From Paraburkholderia sp. (GTDB taxonomy: Bacteria > Pseudomonadota > Gammaproteobacteria > Burkholderiales > Burkholderiaceae): a DNA stretch of 64,000 nt. The position numbers were made by a program, and so were the translations under genes. Positions 28,700-37,746 of the stretch are shown one piece after another; positions within the stretch are counted from its first letter, which is position 1, and every line of letters begins with the position of its first letter. The stretch is taken from contig DASVNP010000467.1 in assembly GCA_036383775.1 (NCBI GenBank), positions 5,243 to 69,242 on the forward strand. Reading direction: 5' to 3'. Below the pieces are notes generated by a model, which was not told the DNA's origin, ran no database searches, and saw only the letters and a program-made list of their open reading frames with translations.

Positions 28700-30016
28700 A
28701 TGGAAAACTCCACTACGTCAGCCTTTCCTAGGCTTGCAGAGGCGATCGATCGCGCGGTCGAGCGTTATACCCAACGCAACCCGCAAAGCGCGCTTCAGTA
28801 CGAGCGGGCCGTTCAGGTCATGCCTGGCGGCAATACGCGGTCGGTGCTCTTTTACGGTCCATTCCCGCTCGCGATCGCTCGCGGTGAGGGTTGCCGTCTC
28901 TGGGATGCGGATGGTCATGAATACATTGACTTCATAGCGGAGTTCACGGCGGGTCTCTATGGGCACTCGAACCCCGTCATCCGGGAGGCCATCGATCGTG
29001 CGCTCGATGCCGGGATCAATTTGAGTGGGCACAACCTGCTGGAGTCTGAGCTTGCGCGTCTGATCTGCAATCGCTTTCCGGCGGTCGATGCGGTGCGATT
29101 CACGAACTCGGGTACCGAAGCGAACCTCATGGCGATCTCGGCTGCACGCGTCCATACCCGCCGTGACAAGGTCATCGTCTTTGCCGGTGGATATCACGGC
29201 GGGGTGCTGACGTTCGCAAGAGGCAACAACCCGGTGAACGTTCCGCACGACCTGTTGATCGCGAACTACAACGATCTGGCGAGCGTGCAGGACCTATTCA
29301 AATCGTATCCTGCCGAGGTGGCAGCCATCATTGTCGAGCCGATGCAGGGAGCCGCGGGTTGTATCTGTGCCGAAAGGGACTTCCTGGCCGGGCTGCGAGA
29401 GCTTGCATCGAATTACGGTGCGGTGCTGATTTTTGACGAAGTCATGACTTCGAGACTGGCGCCCGGTGGGATGCAGGAAGCACTTGGGATCGAGCCGGAC
29501 ATCACGACGCTCGGAAAGTACATTGGGGGCGGGATGTCTTTTGGCGCGTTCGGCGGGCAGGCATCCATCATGGATCAGTTCGATCCGCGCAAGCCTGGCG
29601 CCACGCCGCATGCGGGCACGTTCAATAACAACGTCCTCAGCATGGCGGCCGGCGCAGCAGGTCTATCCAGTCTCTACACCGCGGACGTCGCGCGCGAAAT
29701 GAACGCCAATGGCGATCGGCTTCGCGAGCAACTTAACGCGATTTGCGCGGAGCGCAGCGTCCCTCTCCAGTTCATCGGGAGAGGGTCCCTGATGAATCTT
29801 CAGGCCGGTAGGCACGCAATACGATCGGTGAAAGATCTGCTGCCAGAGGGCAACAGCGTCAAAGATCTCTTTTTCTTTCAGATGGCTGAACACGGCATCT
29901 ATTTGGCCCGCCGTGGCTTCATCGTTTTGAGCATGCCAATTACCGAAAAAGAGATCGGGTGCCTGCTATCGGCCTTCGATACGTTTGTGGAGCGCTACGC
30001 CGGCGTCCTCGCTTGA
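28700..30016 (+). CDS. Class III aminotransferase, beta-phenylalanine transaminase-like
   Basis: MPGGNTRSVLFYGPFPL, DFIAEFTAGLYGHS, GINLSGHNLLE, FDEVMTSRL, LGKYIGGGMSFGAFGG, HAGTFNNN; closely follows the Variovorax/Mesorhizobium beta-transaminase sequences as recalled. Confidence 0.85.
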   Translation: MENSTTSAFPRLAEAIDRAVERYTQRNPQSALQYERAVQVMPGGNTRSVLFYGPFPLAIARGEGCRLWDADGHEYIDFIAEFTAGLYGHSNPVIREAIDRALDAGINLSGHNLLESELARLICNRFPAVDAVRFTNSGTEANLMAISAARVHTRRDKVIVFAGGYHGGVLTFARGNNPVNVPHDLLIANYNDLASVQDLFKSYPAEVAAIIVEPMQGAAGCICAERDFLAGLRELASNYGAVLIFDEVMTSRLAPGGMQEALGIEPDITTLGKYIGGGMSFGAFGGQASIMDQFDPRKPGATPHAGTFNNNVLSMAAGAAGLSSLYTADVAREMNANGDRLREQLNAICAERSVPLQFIGRGSLMNLQAGRHAIRSVKDLLPEGNSVKDLFFFQMAEHGIYLARRGFIVLSMPITEKEIGCLLSAFDTFVERYAGVLA

Positions 30017-30068
30017 AACCAATTGCTGTCGCCGCACAAGGTAGTGCGCATTGAAGAGGAGCATTGAA

Positions 30069-31466
30069 ATGGAAGATACGGCTGGAAAACGTCTCGTAGG
30101 AGACACTTCTCGCGGCGGAAGCGTGATGAGTTTCTACCTTCCGAAGGGCGCGGTGCGTCCGCCGCGTATCGCGCGCGGCGAAGGTGTCCACCTGTACGAC
30201 GAGCTAGGCACCCGCTATCTGGACGCAACGTCGGGCGCAGTTGTGAGCAACCTGGGACACTCCAATCCGCGCGTCGTTGCTGCGATGGCGGAACAGGCTC
30301 ACCGCGTCACCTTTGCGTATCCGCGCTTCTTCGAGAGCGAGCAAAACGTCCGCCTGGCCGGCAAGGTGACTGAACTCGCCGGGGATGGCTTCGACCGCGC
30401 GTTCTTCGTCTCGGGAGGTTCGGAGGCCAACGAAGCAGCACTCAAGCTTGCAAGGCAGTACGCAGTCGCCTGTGGACAGTCGACTCGCTGGAAGGTGATC
30501 TCACGCGACCCGAGCTACCACGGCTCGACCATGGGCGCCATGGCCGTCACGGGCGACTCGTTCACGGAGTCGATCTACGGCCCAATGTTCCAGCCGATGC
30601 CGAAGGTTCCTGCGCCGCTGACTTATCGGCTATCGCCCGGCGTGACGGCCGAAGAGCATGTCGCAGCCTGTGCGGATGCGCTCGAACAGCGAATCGTCGA
30701 GGAGGGGCCCGACACCGTGCTTGCGTTCATTATCGAGCCGATAGGCGGCCTGTCCAGCGGCGCGCTGGTCTCGCCGCCGTCGTACTACCGTCGGGTCCGC
30801 GAGATCTGCGACCGTTACGGCGTGTTGCTGATCCACGACGAGATCATGTGTGGTGCAGGTCGCACGGGCGCTTTCCTGTCCTCGCATCACTGGGAAGGCT
30901 CACGTCCAGACATCGTTACGTTGGCCAAAGGTCTTGCCGCTGGCTATACGCCATTTGGCGCGGTGCTCGCGTCAAACCGGATCGTCGAAACGATTGGCGC
31001 GCACGGCGGTTTTGTCCACGGGCATACCTACTTTTCGAATCCATTCTCCTGTGCTGTTGCTGAAGCCGTTATCGACGAGGTGGTGGAACAAGGGCTTGTC
31101 GAACGGGCTGCGAGGATGGGGCAGTATCTTGATCGAAGACTTTGCGATCTACAGAAGGTGAGCCGCCTGATCGGTGAAGTGCGTGGCAAAGGCTTGCTCA
31201 TGGCGATCGAACTCGTTGCGGACAAAGGGTCCCGACGTCAGCTTTCGCCAGTGATGAATGCGCCTGCCCGTCTGACGAACTACGGACTCGCGCACGGCAT
31301 CGCGCTTTACAACCGGCGTGCTAACCGCGGGCAGTTCGGCGATATCCAGCTGATTGCGCCGCCGCTGATCATCACGGAGCCGGAAATCGATGATCTCGTT
31401 GAACGGCTCGGGCGATCGTTGCTTGATTTCGAACGTGATCTCGAGCGTGAAGGCGCACTTGATTGA
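30069..31466 (+). CDS. Class III (omega) aminotransferase
   Basis: YLDATSGAVVSNLGH, SGGSEANE, SYHGST, DEIMCGAGRTG, TLAKGLAAGY, HGHTY. Confidence 0.92.
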   Translation: MEDTAGKRLVGDTSRGGSVMSFYLPKGAVRPPRIARGEGVHLYDELGTRYLDATSGAVVSNLGHSNPRVVAAMAEQAHRVTFAYPRFFESEQNVRLAGKVTELAGDGFDRAFFVSGGSEANEAALKLARQYAVACGQSTRWKVISRDPSYHGSTMGAMAVTGDSFTESIYGPMFQPMPKVPAPLTYRLSPGVTAEEHVAACADALEQRIVEEGPDTVLAFIIEPIGGLSSGALVSPPSYYRRVREICDRYGVLLIHDEIMCGAGRTGAFLSSHHWEGSRPDIVTLAKGLAAGYTPFGAVLASNRIVETIGAHGGFVHGHTYFSNPFSCAVAEAVIDEVVEQGLVERAARMGQYLDRRLCDLQKVSRLIGEVRGKGLLMAIELVADKGSRRQLSPVMNAPARLTNYGLAHGIALYNRRANRGQFGDIQLIAPPLIITEPEIDDLVERLGRSLLDFERDLEREGALD

Positions 31467-31514
31467 AATGCAACTCGCGCTTTGGCACTAGAGGCGTCGG
31501 ATGGGAAAAGTACC

Positions 31515-31949
31515 ATGAATGTTGCAGGCTTATTCGAATCGCAAAAGCTCGTTCGCTTTCAGCATTGCGACCCGGCAGGCATCGTCTTCTACCCGCAGTA
31601 CTTCGTCCTCTTCCACGAGCTGATCGAGGACTGGTTCAACGATGGACTGCGCGTGAACTACGCGGATTTTATTGCCGTCCGGAAGCTAGGCGTGCCGACG
31701 GTCTGCATGGAAGTGGACTTTTTCGCTTCCAGCAAAATCGGTGACGTGCTGCAAATGCGGCTGGCAGTGAAGCGGATCGGGACACGCTCTATCGTGCTTT
31801 CGCTCGCAGCCTTCGCCGAGGACGTGCTACGCGTACGTGTTCAACAGACGATCGTCCTTTTTTCACTTGAGCGGAGGGCATCCGTCGCCATTCCGGACGA
31901 TCTTCGTCGGCGCCTTTCTTTGTTTTTGACCGAGCAGACCGCGCAATAG
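31515..31949 (+). CDS. 4-hydroxybenzoyl-CoA thioesterase-like hotdog thioesterase
   Basis: VRFQHCDPAGIVFYPQYF motif. Confidence 0.88.
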   Translation: MNVAGLFESQKLVRFQHCDPAGIVFYPQYFVLFHELIEDWFNDGLRVNYADFIAVRKLGVPTVCMEVDFFASSKIGDVLQMRLAVKRIGTRSIVLSLAAFAEDVLRVRVQQTIVLFSLERRASVAIPDDLRRRLSLFLTEQTAQ

Positions 31950-32018
31950 CACAGCTTCTTGTGGCCGAGGCTCGAGTCGCGGTCCCAAAACTATCCAACT
32001 TTTCATGGAGACACAGGC

Positions 32019-32942
32019 ATGGCTACGAACAAGGTTATTGTCCTCGTCGCACCCACCGGAGGGATGGCATTCAAGTCACAGAACCCTCACTTGCCCACGC
32101 AGCCCAACGAGATCGCAAGAGACGTGTACGACTGCTACAACGCCGGTGCGAGCGTTGTGGCTGTGCATGCGCGGCGGCCTGACGACGAGGCGACGTGCAA
32201 TGCCGACATCTATCGCAATATCAACGAGCTGATTCGCGCCAAATGCGACATCGTGATCAACAATTCGACGGGCGGCGGCGTTCATGGCGACATGGTCCGA
32301 CAGATCGACGGCGCGATGTGGGATACCGTCTGGGAAGAGCGCCTCAAGGGCATGGAGGCCGGTGCTGAGATGTGCACGCTGGACGCCTGCACATTCGTGG
32401 CGAGCTTCGGAGGCAAGGAAGTCTTGCTCAATACATCACCCTCGCGATGCCAGTCTCTGGCCGAGGAGATGAGGAAGCGCGGGATCAAGCCCGAGTGGGA
32501 AGTTTTCAGTCCGACACATATCGTTCAGGACGCCACCATGTTGATCCAGATGGGACTTGACGAACCACCGTACGTATTTAACTTGGTGATGAATGCGCAT
32601 CGAGGTTTTCAGAATGCGATGCCATATAACCCGAAGTCATTGCAGTTCATGGTCGATCTGCTGCCCGAAGGCAGCATCTTCTGCGTGAGCGGTATCGGGC
32701 CGGCCCAACTACCCGCGGGCGTCAACTCGTTGCTGCTCGGCGGACAGATCATCCGCGTGGGCCTCGAAGACAATCTTTACTATCGCCAAGGGCAACTCGC
32801 GCGCAACGTCGAACTGGTCGAGCGCACCGTGCGGATTCTGCGTGAAATGGACTACGAAATCGCGACACCCGCTGAAGCGCGCCAGATGATGGGGCTGCCG
32901 CGCAACGATACTTCGGCGAGACCGTACTTTTCGGTAGCGTAG
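32019..32942 (+). CDS. Beta-keto acid cleavage enzyme (BKACE/DUF849, Kce family) 1
   Basis: VAPTGG, AGASVVAVHAR (metal-binding HxH reads AVH), NSTGGG, KPEWEVF, RVGLEDN, IATPAEAR. Confidence 0.9.
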   Translation: MATNKVIVLVAPTGGMAFKSQNPHLPTQPNEIARDVYDCYNAGASVVAVHARRPDDEATCNADIYRNINELIRAKCDIVINNSTGGGVHGDMVRQIDGAMWDTVWEERLKGMEAGAEMCTLDACTFVASFGGKEVLLNTSPSRCQSLAEEMRKRGIKPEWEVFSPTHIVQDATMLIQMGLDEPPYVFNLVMNAHRGFQNAMPYNPKSLQFMVDLLPEGSIFCVSGIGPAQLPAGVNSLLLGGQIIRVGLEDNLYYRQGQLARNVELVERTVRILREMDYEIATPAEARQMMGLPRNDTSARPYFSVA

Positions 32943-33424
32943 GCGGTACATGGGCCGTGAGTTGCACGTCAGTGACGTGAATACCCCAATCGGCTTTGAG
33001 CCGAATCCAGGCTGCAGTGCTAGATTCATTCCCAAGCTTTCGGCGCTGCGGCCACGTTTCTCGCAAATGACTATCGGCGATCGTTACTCAATTCGCTGTT
33101 ACTGGCCACGCGTCGTGATGGTTCAATTGCCCGTCCTGTAGTCAACGGTGCCTTGTGGACTCCACGCCGGTCATCCGCTAGATCTGGCAACGAATGCCTG
33201 TTGAGGGTCGAGATGGAATGGACACCCTGGCGGACGAAAACGCAACAGCGCTAGCCACCTGCGGATCGCGATCGATGGACCGATATTGAGCGCCAACCTA
33301 TTCCAGGAAGTTCGCAAACTCGAAGTCATCGCCGGCAGGGTCGAGCGCGATGGCCAAATGGCGCGAAGGTTTGTGTCCGCTTTGCAGCGTCCGAGCTTGA
33401 CCCGTGTTCTTGTGGCGGGCGCGC

Positions 33425-33663
33425 TCGATCAATGTGGCTCTTTCGAGAAACCGGTAAAGCTGTCGGCGGTTGATTCGCGTTACGGTTTCGATACTTCCTA
33501 CCGGCTCACCGCTCGCGTAACGCTCAATGGCGTCGATATGTCTCTGGACGCGACTGCGCTCTGCTGCGTCGAGTTCAGTCCATGCGAGAGTCGACCACGA
33601 GGCGAAATCCAGTGCCTGCAATTCGGTCTGCGGCGGCTCATGATTTGGCCTGGACCGCAACAA
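33425..33663 (-). pseudogene. N-terminal fragment of a TnsB/Mu-like integrase
   Basis: SW...WTELDAAERSRV...AIERYASGEPVGSIETVTRINRRQLYRFLERA resembles the HTH N-terminus of Burkholderia TnsB-like proteins. A possible TGT-starting end (TGTCACCTCAATCG, minus strand) lies at 33807. Confidence 0.5.
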
Positions 33664-33875
33664 AGCGAGTCAGAAACGACAGGCTTTCATTGTGTAGCTC
33701 CAGCGCCTGAATGCGACCGTACCGCAACAGTTCGAAGACAACTGCGCGGATCAGCGCAGGGTCGCTAGCTGAGAAACGCTCTATCGTCGTAATCGATTGA
33801 GGTGACATGACGAAGCGCCGGATCGCGCCGGGCAGCGAAGGCTTTACGAGGCCGCGCGCGGCAACAAGTACGGGT

Positions 33876-34188
33876 GTAAGCGCTCAACTCGCCACACGTT
33901 GGCGGTCGGATCGAAGCTATGCGCTCGGTCGTTTAGGGCGACGGCGGCGCAGCAGTTTGCCCTTCGACGAAGTTAAACGACTGCAAGTCCGTAATGTCGG
34001 CATCCGGTGCCCGCTGAGGCAATTCGGTGAGCACGTGAAGCGGGTAGGCATACGGCTCGACGTTGCATGCGCGACACGTGAGCATGAAGCTGTAGACCGT
34101 CGCGCTTGCCTTCGCGCCAGCGACCGTGTCACTGAACAACCAGGACTTGCGGCCTGTGCAGAAAGGCCTGATGTCGCGCTCGATAACG
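33876..34188 (-). mobile_element. tnpC: IS66-family remnant (tnpC C-terminus plus right end)
   Basis: NVIERDIRPFCTGRKSWLFSDTVAGAKASATVYSFMLTCRACNVEPYAY; terminal GTAAGCGCTCAACTCGCCACAC at 33876. Confidence 0.88.
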
Positions 34189-34275
34189 TTATGCCGACTC
34201 CGCGATTATGCCGCGTCATGCATGCGCGTGACGGTGGGTATGGTCTTTTGTGATTGCTGTGTCGGCATAACCGTA
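34189..34275. mobile_element. RIT (recombinase-in-trio) element end remnant
   Basis: TTATGCCG direct repeats (34189-34196, 34206-34213) plus an inverted copy CGGCATAA (34263-34270), starting exactly where the IS66 tnpC breaks off. Confidence 0.65.
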
Positions 34276-34354
34276 TGATTTCTCAGGCTGGCTATCCGAC
34301 CGTGCGGATGTCACTGGTCGGCGGCTGACCGCCCGCGCGACCCTCCTTTTTCCT

Positions 34355-35284
34355 TTACAGTCGGATCTTGTCTCGGCCTTTGAGGCCAATCATCTGACGC
34401 ACGTCGGTGGGCGTTGCGATTTCGAAGCCGAACCGCGTCAGGATTTCCCGAATCATCTCGACCTGTTCGGCATTCGATGTCGAAAGCCGGCCCGGCCCGT
34501 TCGACAGCGAATCCTCGAGGCCCACGCGGACGTGTCCGCCCATCAAGGCCGCCTGCGTGATGAGCGGCATCTGGTGTCGACCGGCGCCAAGCACCGACCA
34601 TTGATAGGTATCGCCGAACAGCTTGTCCGCGATGCGTTTCATGTGCACGAGATTCTCCGGATCCGCGCCAATCCCACCGAGGACGCCCAGCACGAACTGC
34701 AGGAAAAGCGGCCCCTTGATAATCCCGCGATCGAGGAAGTGCTTCAGGTTGTACAGATGGCCGACGTCGTAGCACTCGAATTCGAAGCGCGTGCCGTGCT
34801 CGTGACCGAGCTGGGTAAACACGTCTTCGATATCGGCGAAGGTATTGCGGAAAATCGTGCGGCGTGTGCCTTCGATTTGGTCGCGCTCCCACTCGTACTT
34901 GAAGGTCTTCAACTTGTCGAGCATCGGAAAGATCCCGAAGTTGAGCGACCCCATGTTGCACGAGGCCATTTCCGGGGAAACGTCGATCGCCCCCGCGAGG
35001 CGTTCGTCGAGCGTCATGTTGTACGAGCCGCCCGTGGTGATGTTGATCACCGCGTCGGTGGCCGCGTGAATCTGCGGCAGGAATTGCCGATAGATCGCCG
35101 GGTCGAATGCGGGCCGTCCATCTCTCGGGTTGCGCGCATGCAGATGCAGGATGGCGGCGCCGGCTTCAGCGGCAGCGATTGACTCACGCGCTATTTCGTC
35201 GGGCGTGATGGGCAGATAAGGCGACATGCTCGGAGTATGGATCGAGCCTGTCACTGCGCAAGTGATGATGACTTTTCGTGCCAC
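34355..35284 (-). CDS. Beta-keto acid cleavage enzyme (BKACE/DUF849) 2
   Basis: ITCAVTGSIH, AAILHLHAR, ITTGG, SCNMGSLNF, FEFECYD, HVRVGLEDS; RBS GGAGGAGGAG. Confidence 0.93.
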   Translation of the reverse strand: MARKVIITCAVTGSIHTPSMSPYLPITPDEIARESIAAAEAGAAILHLHARNPRDGRPAFDPAIYRQFLPQIHAATDAVINITTGGSYNMTLDERLAGAIDVSPEMASCNMGSLNFGIFPMLDKLKTFKYEWERDQIEGTRRTIFRNTFADIEDVFTQLGHEHGTRFEFECYDVGHLYNLKHFLDRGIIKGPLFLQFVLGVLGGIGADPENLVHMKRIADKLFGDTYQWSVLGAGRHQMPLITQAALMGGHVRVGLEDSLSNGPGRLSTSNAEQVEMIREILTRFGFEIATPTDVRQMIGLKGRDKIRL

Positions 35285-35451
35285 GGTTAGCTCCTCCTCC
35301 TATCGGGCCAGTCCGGCCACGACAGCGTTCTCGATGGGGCCCTCGCTCTCGATCGGGTATGACGTCTCCGCAAAGGCCCAGGCTTCTTTTGATAGTTTGG
35401 GTAGTGACATAGTCAGGGGCGTGCCACCGACCCAATGCGGCCCGCCTGCAA

Positions 35452-36357
35452 TCAGCGCCCGAGGAACCGGACGATGCGGTCCCCGATCTCGTCCGGTCGC
35501 TCGATATGAAGGAAGTGACCAACGCCCGGGATGACCTCCCGTTCGAGGCCTTTTGGAAACAGCGGTTCCATGCCCTCGCTGAGATACGTCGCCATGCAGC
35601 CGTCTTGCTCGCCGTGCAGGTAGAGCGACGGGACGTTGATTGGCCCGTTCGCCTGAGCCTCGAGAGTCCGGAGCGTCGAATCTTCTGGCGGCGGCGCGAA
35701 CAACTGACGGTAAAAGCCGAACGTCTGGGGCAGCACGCCTGGCTTCGCCAGGCTTTCCTTAAGCAATGCGCGCTCGCCCTCAGGCAAGACGTAGCTCGGC
35801 GACCATTCGCGCCAAAGCCGGTCGATGAATGCGAAATCATCGCGCGGTACCCCGACCTCGGCAAGGCGAGTCTGGAAGTAGAACATGTACCAGCTACGGC
35901 GTTGCTGGTCTCCGTCGGCAACTAGGGAGGCGCCAAATTTCTGCCCGTACGCAACAGCCATGCCAACTAGCTTGCCGACGCTTTCGGCCCCAAGGCTCGC
36001 CGCGGCGTACGCAGCTCGCGCACCGATGTCATGTCCAATCAGGTTCGCGGTCTCGCGTCCAAGAGCCGCGATCAGCGCTAAGACGTCCTGCCCGAGAGCC
36101 GAACCACCGTAGCGGCCGTCGGGCGCCGCACCGCCCGGCCAGTATCCCCGCATCGCTGGTGCCACCGCCCAGTAGCCTTCCTGGGCAAGTCGCCGGAGAA
36201 TCGGAATCCAGCTGCGCGCGTGGTCGGGAAAGCCGTGCAGGCAGAGTACGAGTGGGCCGTCCCCAGCCTCGAGAATGGGGAATTCGAGGCCATTGGCGGC
36301 GACTGTTCGCTGCCTCACACCCTCGTCGTTCCAAAGACCTGAATTTGTTAGCAACAT
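35452..36357 (-). CDS. Alpha/beta hydrolase (epoxide-hydrolase-like)
   Basis: HGFPD, MRGY, GHDIGA (Asp nucleophile), SWYMFYFQ cap, GEQDGC, GHFLH. Confidence 0.88.
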   Translation of the reverse strand: MLLTNSGLWNDEGVRQRTVAANGLEFPILEAGDGPLVLCLHGFPDHARSWIPILRRLAQEGYWAVAPAMRGYWPGGAAPDGRYGGSALGQDVLALIAALGRETANLIGHDIGARAAYAAASLGAESVGKLVGMAVAYGQKFGASLVADGDQQRRSWYMFYFQTRLAEVGVPRDDFAFIDRLWREWSPSYVLPEGERALLKESLAKPGVLPQTFGFYRQLFAPPPEDSTLRTLEAQANGPINVPSLYLHGEQDGCMATYLSEGMEPLFPKGLEREVIPGVGHFLHIERPDEIGDRIVRFLGR

Positions 36358-36464
36358 CCGGTTATCCCTCTTTCATATGGTTAGGCTCGGTCGCAGGTCT
36401 GCACTGATGTTGCGGCGCCTGACGCTCGAGGTGATGCTATGGGCGAGAATGACGAGGCCTTCGG

Positions 36465-37496
36465 TTAGCTGGCGGTGAAACGCTGCCGCTTGAAGTCCTT
36501 TAGGTCCCCATGCTGAAGTTGATTGGGCACGCCCTTCTCGAAGCGCCAGGCTTCCGCCTCGATCACCGCTTTCAGCGGGGTCGCGGGCCGCTTTAGCAAA
36601 TGTTCCACGTCGTTCCCGGCCTCCGCGATGTACTTGCCGCCGCCGTTCTGCAAGGCCAGGTTCTCGAGGTGGAGTGAGACATGCTCTGGAAGGCCCGGTG
36701 CGAGCGCCCGCAGCTGGTCTCGAAAGTCGTCGATTGTCGTGGGGACATAGGTGATCTTGCGCCCGAGCGCCGCCGAGAAATCTTCGGCGAACTCGTACCA
36801 GTTCTTCCGCGTAGGGCCAGTGAGGACGTAGGACTTGTGCTCATGGCCCCGAGGTGCAGCGAGGACGTTGATGCAGACGTCAGCGACATCGACCGTGGCT
36901 ACTGGCGCGGTCTTGGCGTCGCCGAATGGAAGCCGGATGGTGTCATCTTCCTTGATCGTCGCCGCCGTCATCCATAGCGTGATCGGGTTCTCAACGAAGA
37001 TCGCAGCCTGAATGTGGCAGACAGGAAGGCCGGACCAGTCGAGGGCGCGCTCCGCCGCCCAATGCACGCGCTGCTGGGGCGACCACTGCACATCGGCGCC
37101 AAGGATCGCAATGCGTTCGGCGTCGGGCCGAGACATGTTGTCCAGAGTCATATAGCTTTGCTCGACGTTCGACATATTCACAAAGATTTCGCAGCTGCCC
37201 TCGCGCTTCGCTGCAGTCGCCATGAGGACGGTCGCGTCGGCATAGGAGGGGTTGGGGCTCATGCTGAAGTAGATTCGCCCCACACCCTGGACAGCACGTG
37301 TCACGTCGCGCGGGTTGAACAGATCCCCGACAAAGACCTCGGCGCCCATCTCCCGCAGGTCCTGGGCCCGCCTGTCGTCAGTGCGCACGAATGCGCGGAC
37401 GGGGAGCCCGAGTGCGCGAAGGCCGCGCACGATGCTTCGTCCGACGGAGCCGGTACTACCGCCGGCGCTGGTTACGAGAATTGGTGCGTCAGTCAT
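36465..37496 (-). CDS. NmrA-like NAD(P)H-binding protein
   Basis: ILVTSAGGSTGSVG, GAEVFVGDL, HWAAERALDWSGLPV, YVLTGP. Confidence 0.88.
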   Translation of the reverse strand: MTDAPILVTSAGGSTGSVGRSIVRGLRALGLPVRAFVRTDDRRAQDLREMGAEVFVGDLFNPRDVTRAVQGVGRIYFSMSPNPSYADATVLMATAAKREGSCEIFVNMSNVEQSYMTLDNMSRPDAERIAILGADVQWSPQQRVHWAAERALDWSGLPVCHIQAAIFVENPITLWMTAATIKEDDTIRLPFGDAKTAPVATVDVADVCINVLAAPRGHEHKSYVLTGPTRKNWYEFAEDFSAALGRKITYVPTTIDDFRDQLRALAPGLPEHVSLHLENLALQNGGGKYIAEAGNDVEHLLKRPATPLKAVIEAEAWRFEKGVPNQLQHGDLKDFKRQRFTAS

Positions 37497-37520
37497 GGTT
37501 TGTACCTCGTTTTTCACAAA

Positions 37521-37538
37521 ATATGGGCATATGAGACT
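37521..37538. promoter_or_regulatory. Putative MarR operator, copy 1
   Basis: ATATGGGCATATGAGACT; recurs at 53645 and 55154. Confidence 0.6.
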
Positions 37539-37704
37539 ATCATCTGATGCGCATGGAAGCAACGCTGATTTCCCTAACGTCCCTTTCCGGGTAATTCGAT
37601 GCTGTTCGGAAGCACCCTTTGCCTCATGCCGACAATAAAAAGTGCCTATATCTAGGGGAAATCCCGCTGTTGACCAGGTTCAGACAGGGGCTTAGAGTCC
37701 TTCC

Positions 37705-37723
37705 ATCTTAGCAGCGATAAAAT
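37705..37723. promoter_or_regulatory. Putative TetR operator, copy 3
   Basis: ATCTTAGCAGCGATAAAAT about 23 bp upstream of the first gene of the Mo-hydroxylase operon. Confidence 0.55.
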
Positions 37724-37746
37724 AATCGCAAAACAGGAGAGATCGA

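Noticed and set aside
28700-30016. Glutamate-1-semialdehyde aminomutase (hemL)
   Set aside because: Same fold, but the sequence follows aromatic beta-transaminases and the context is catabolic.
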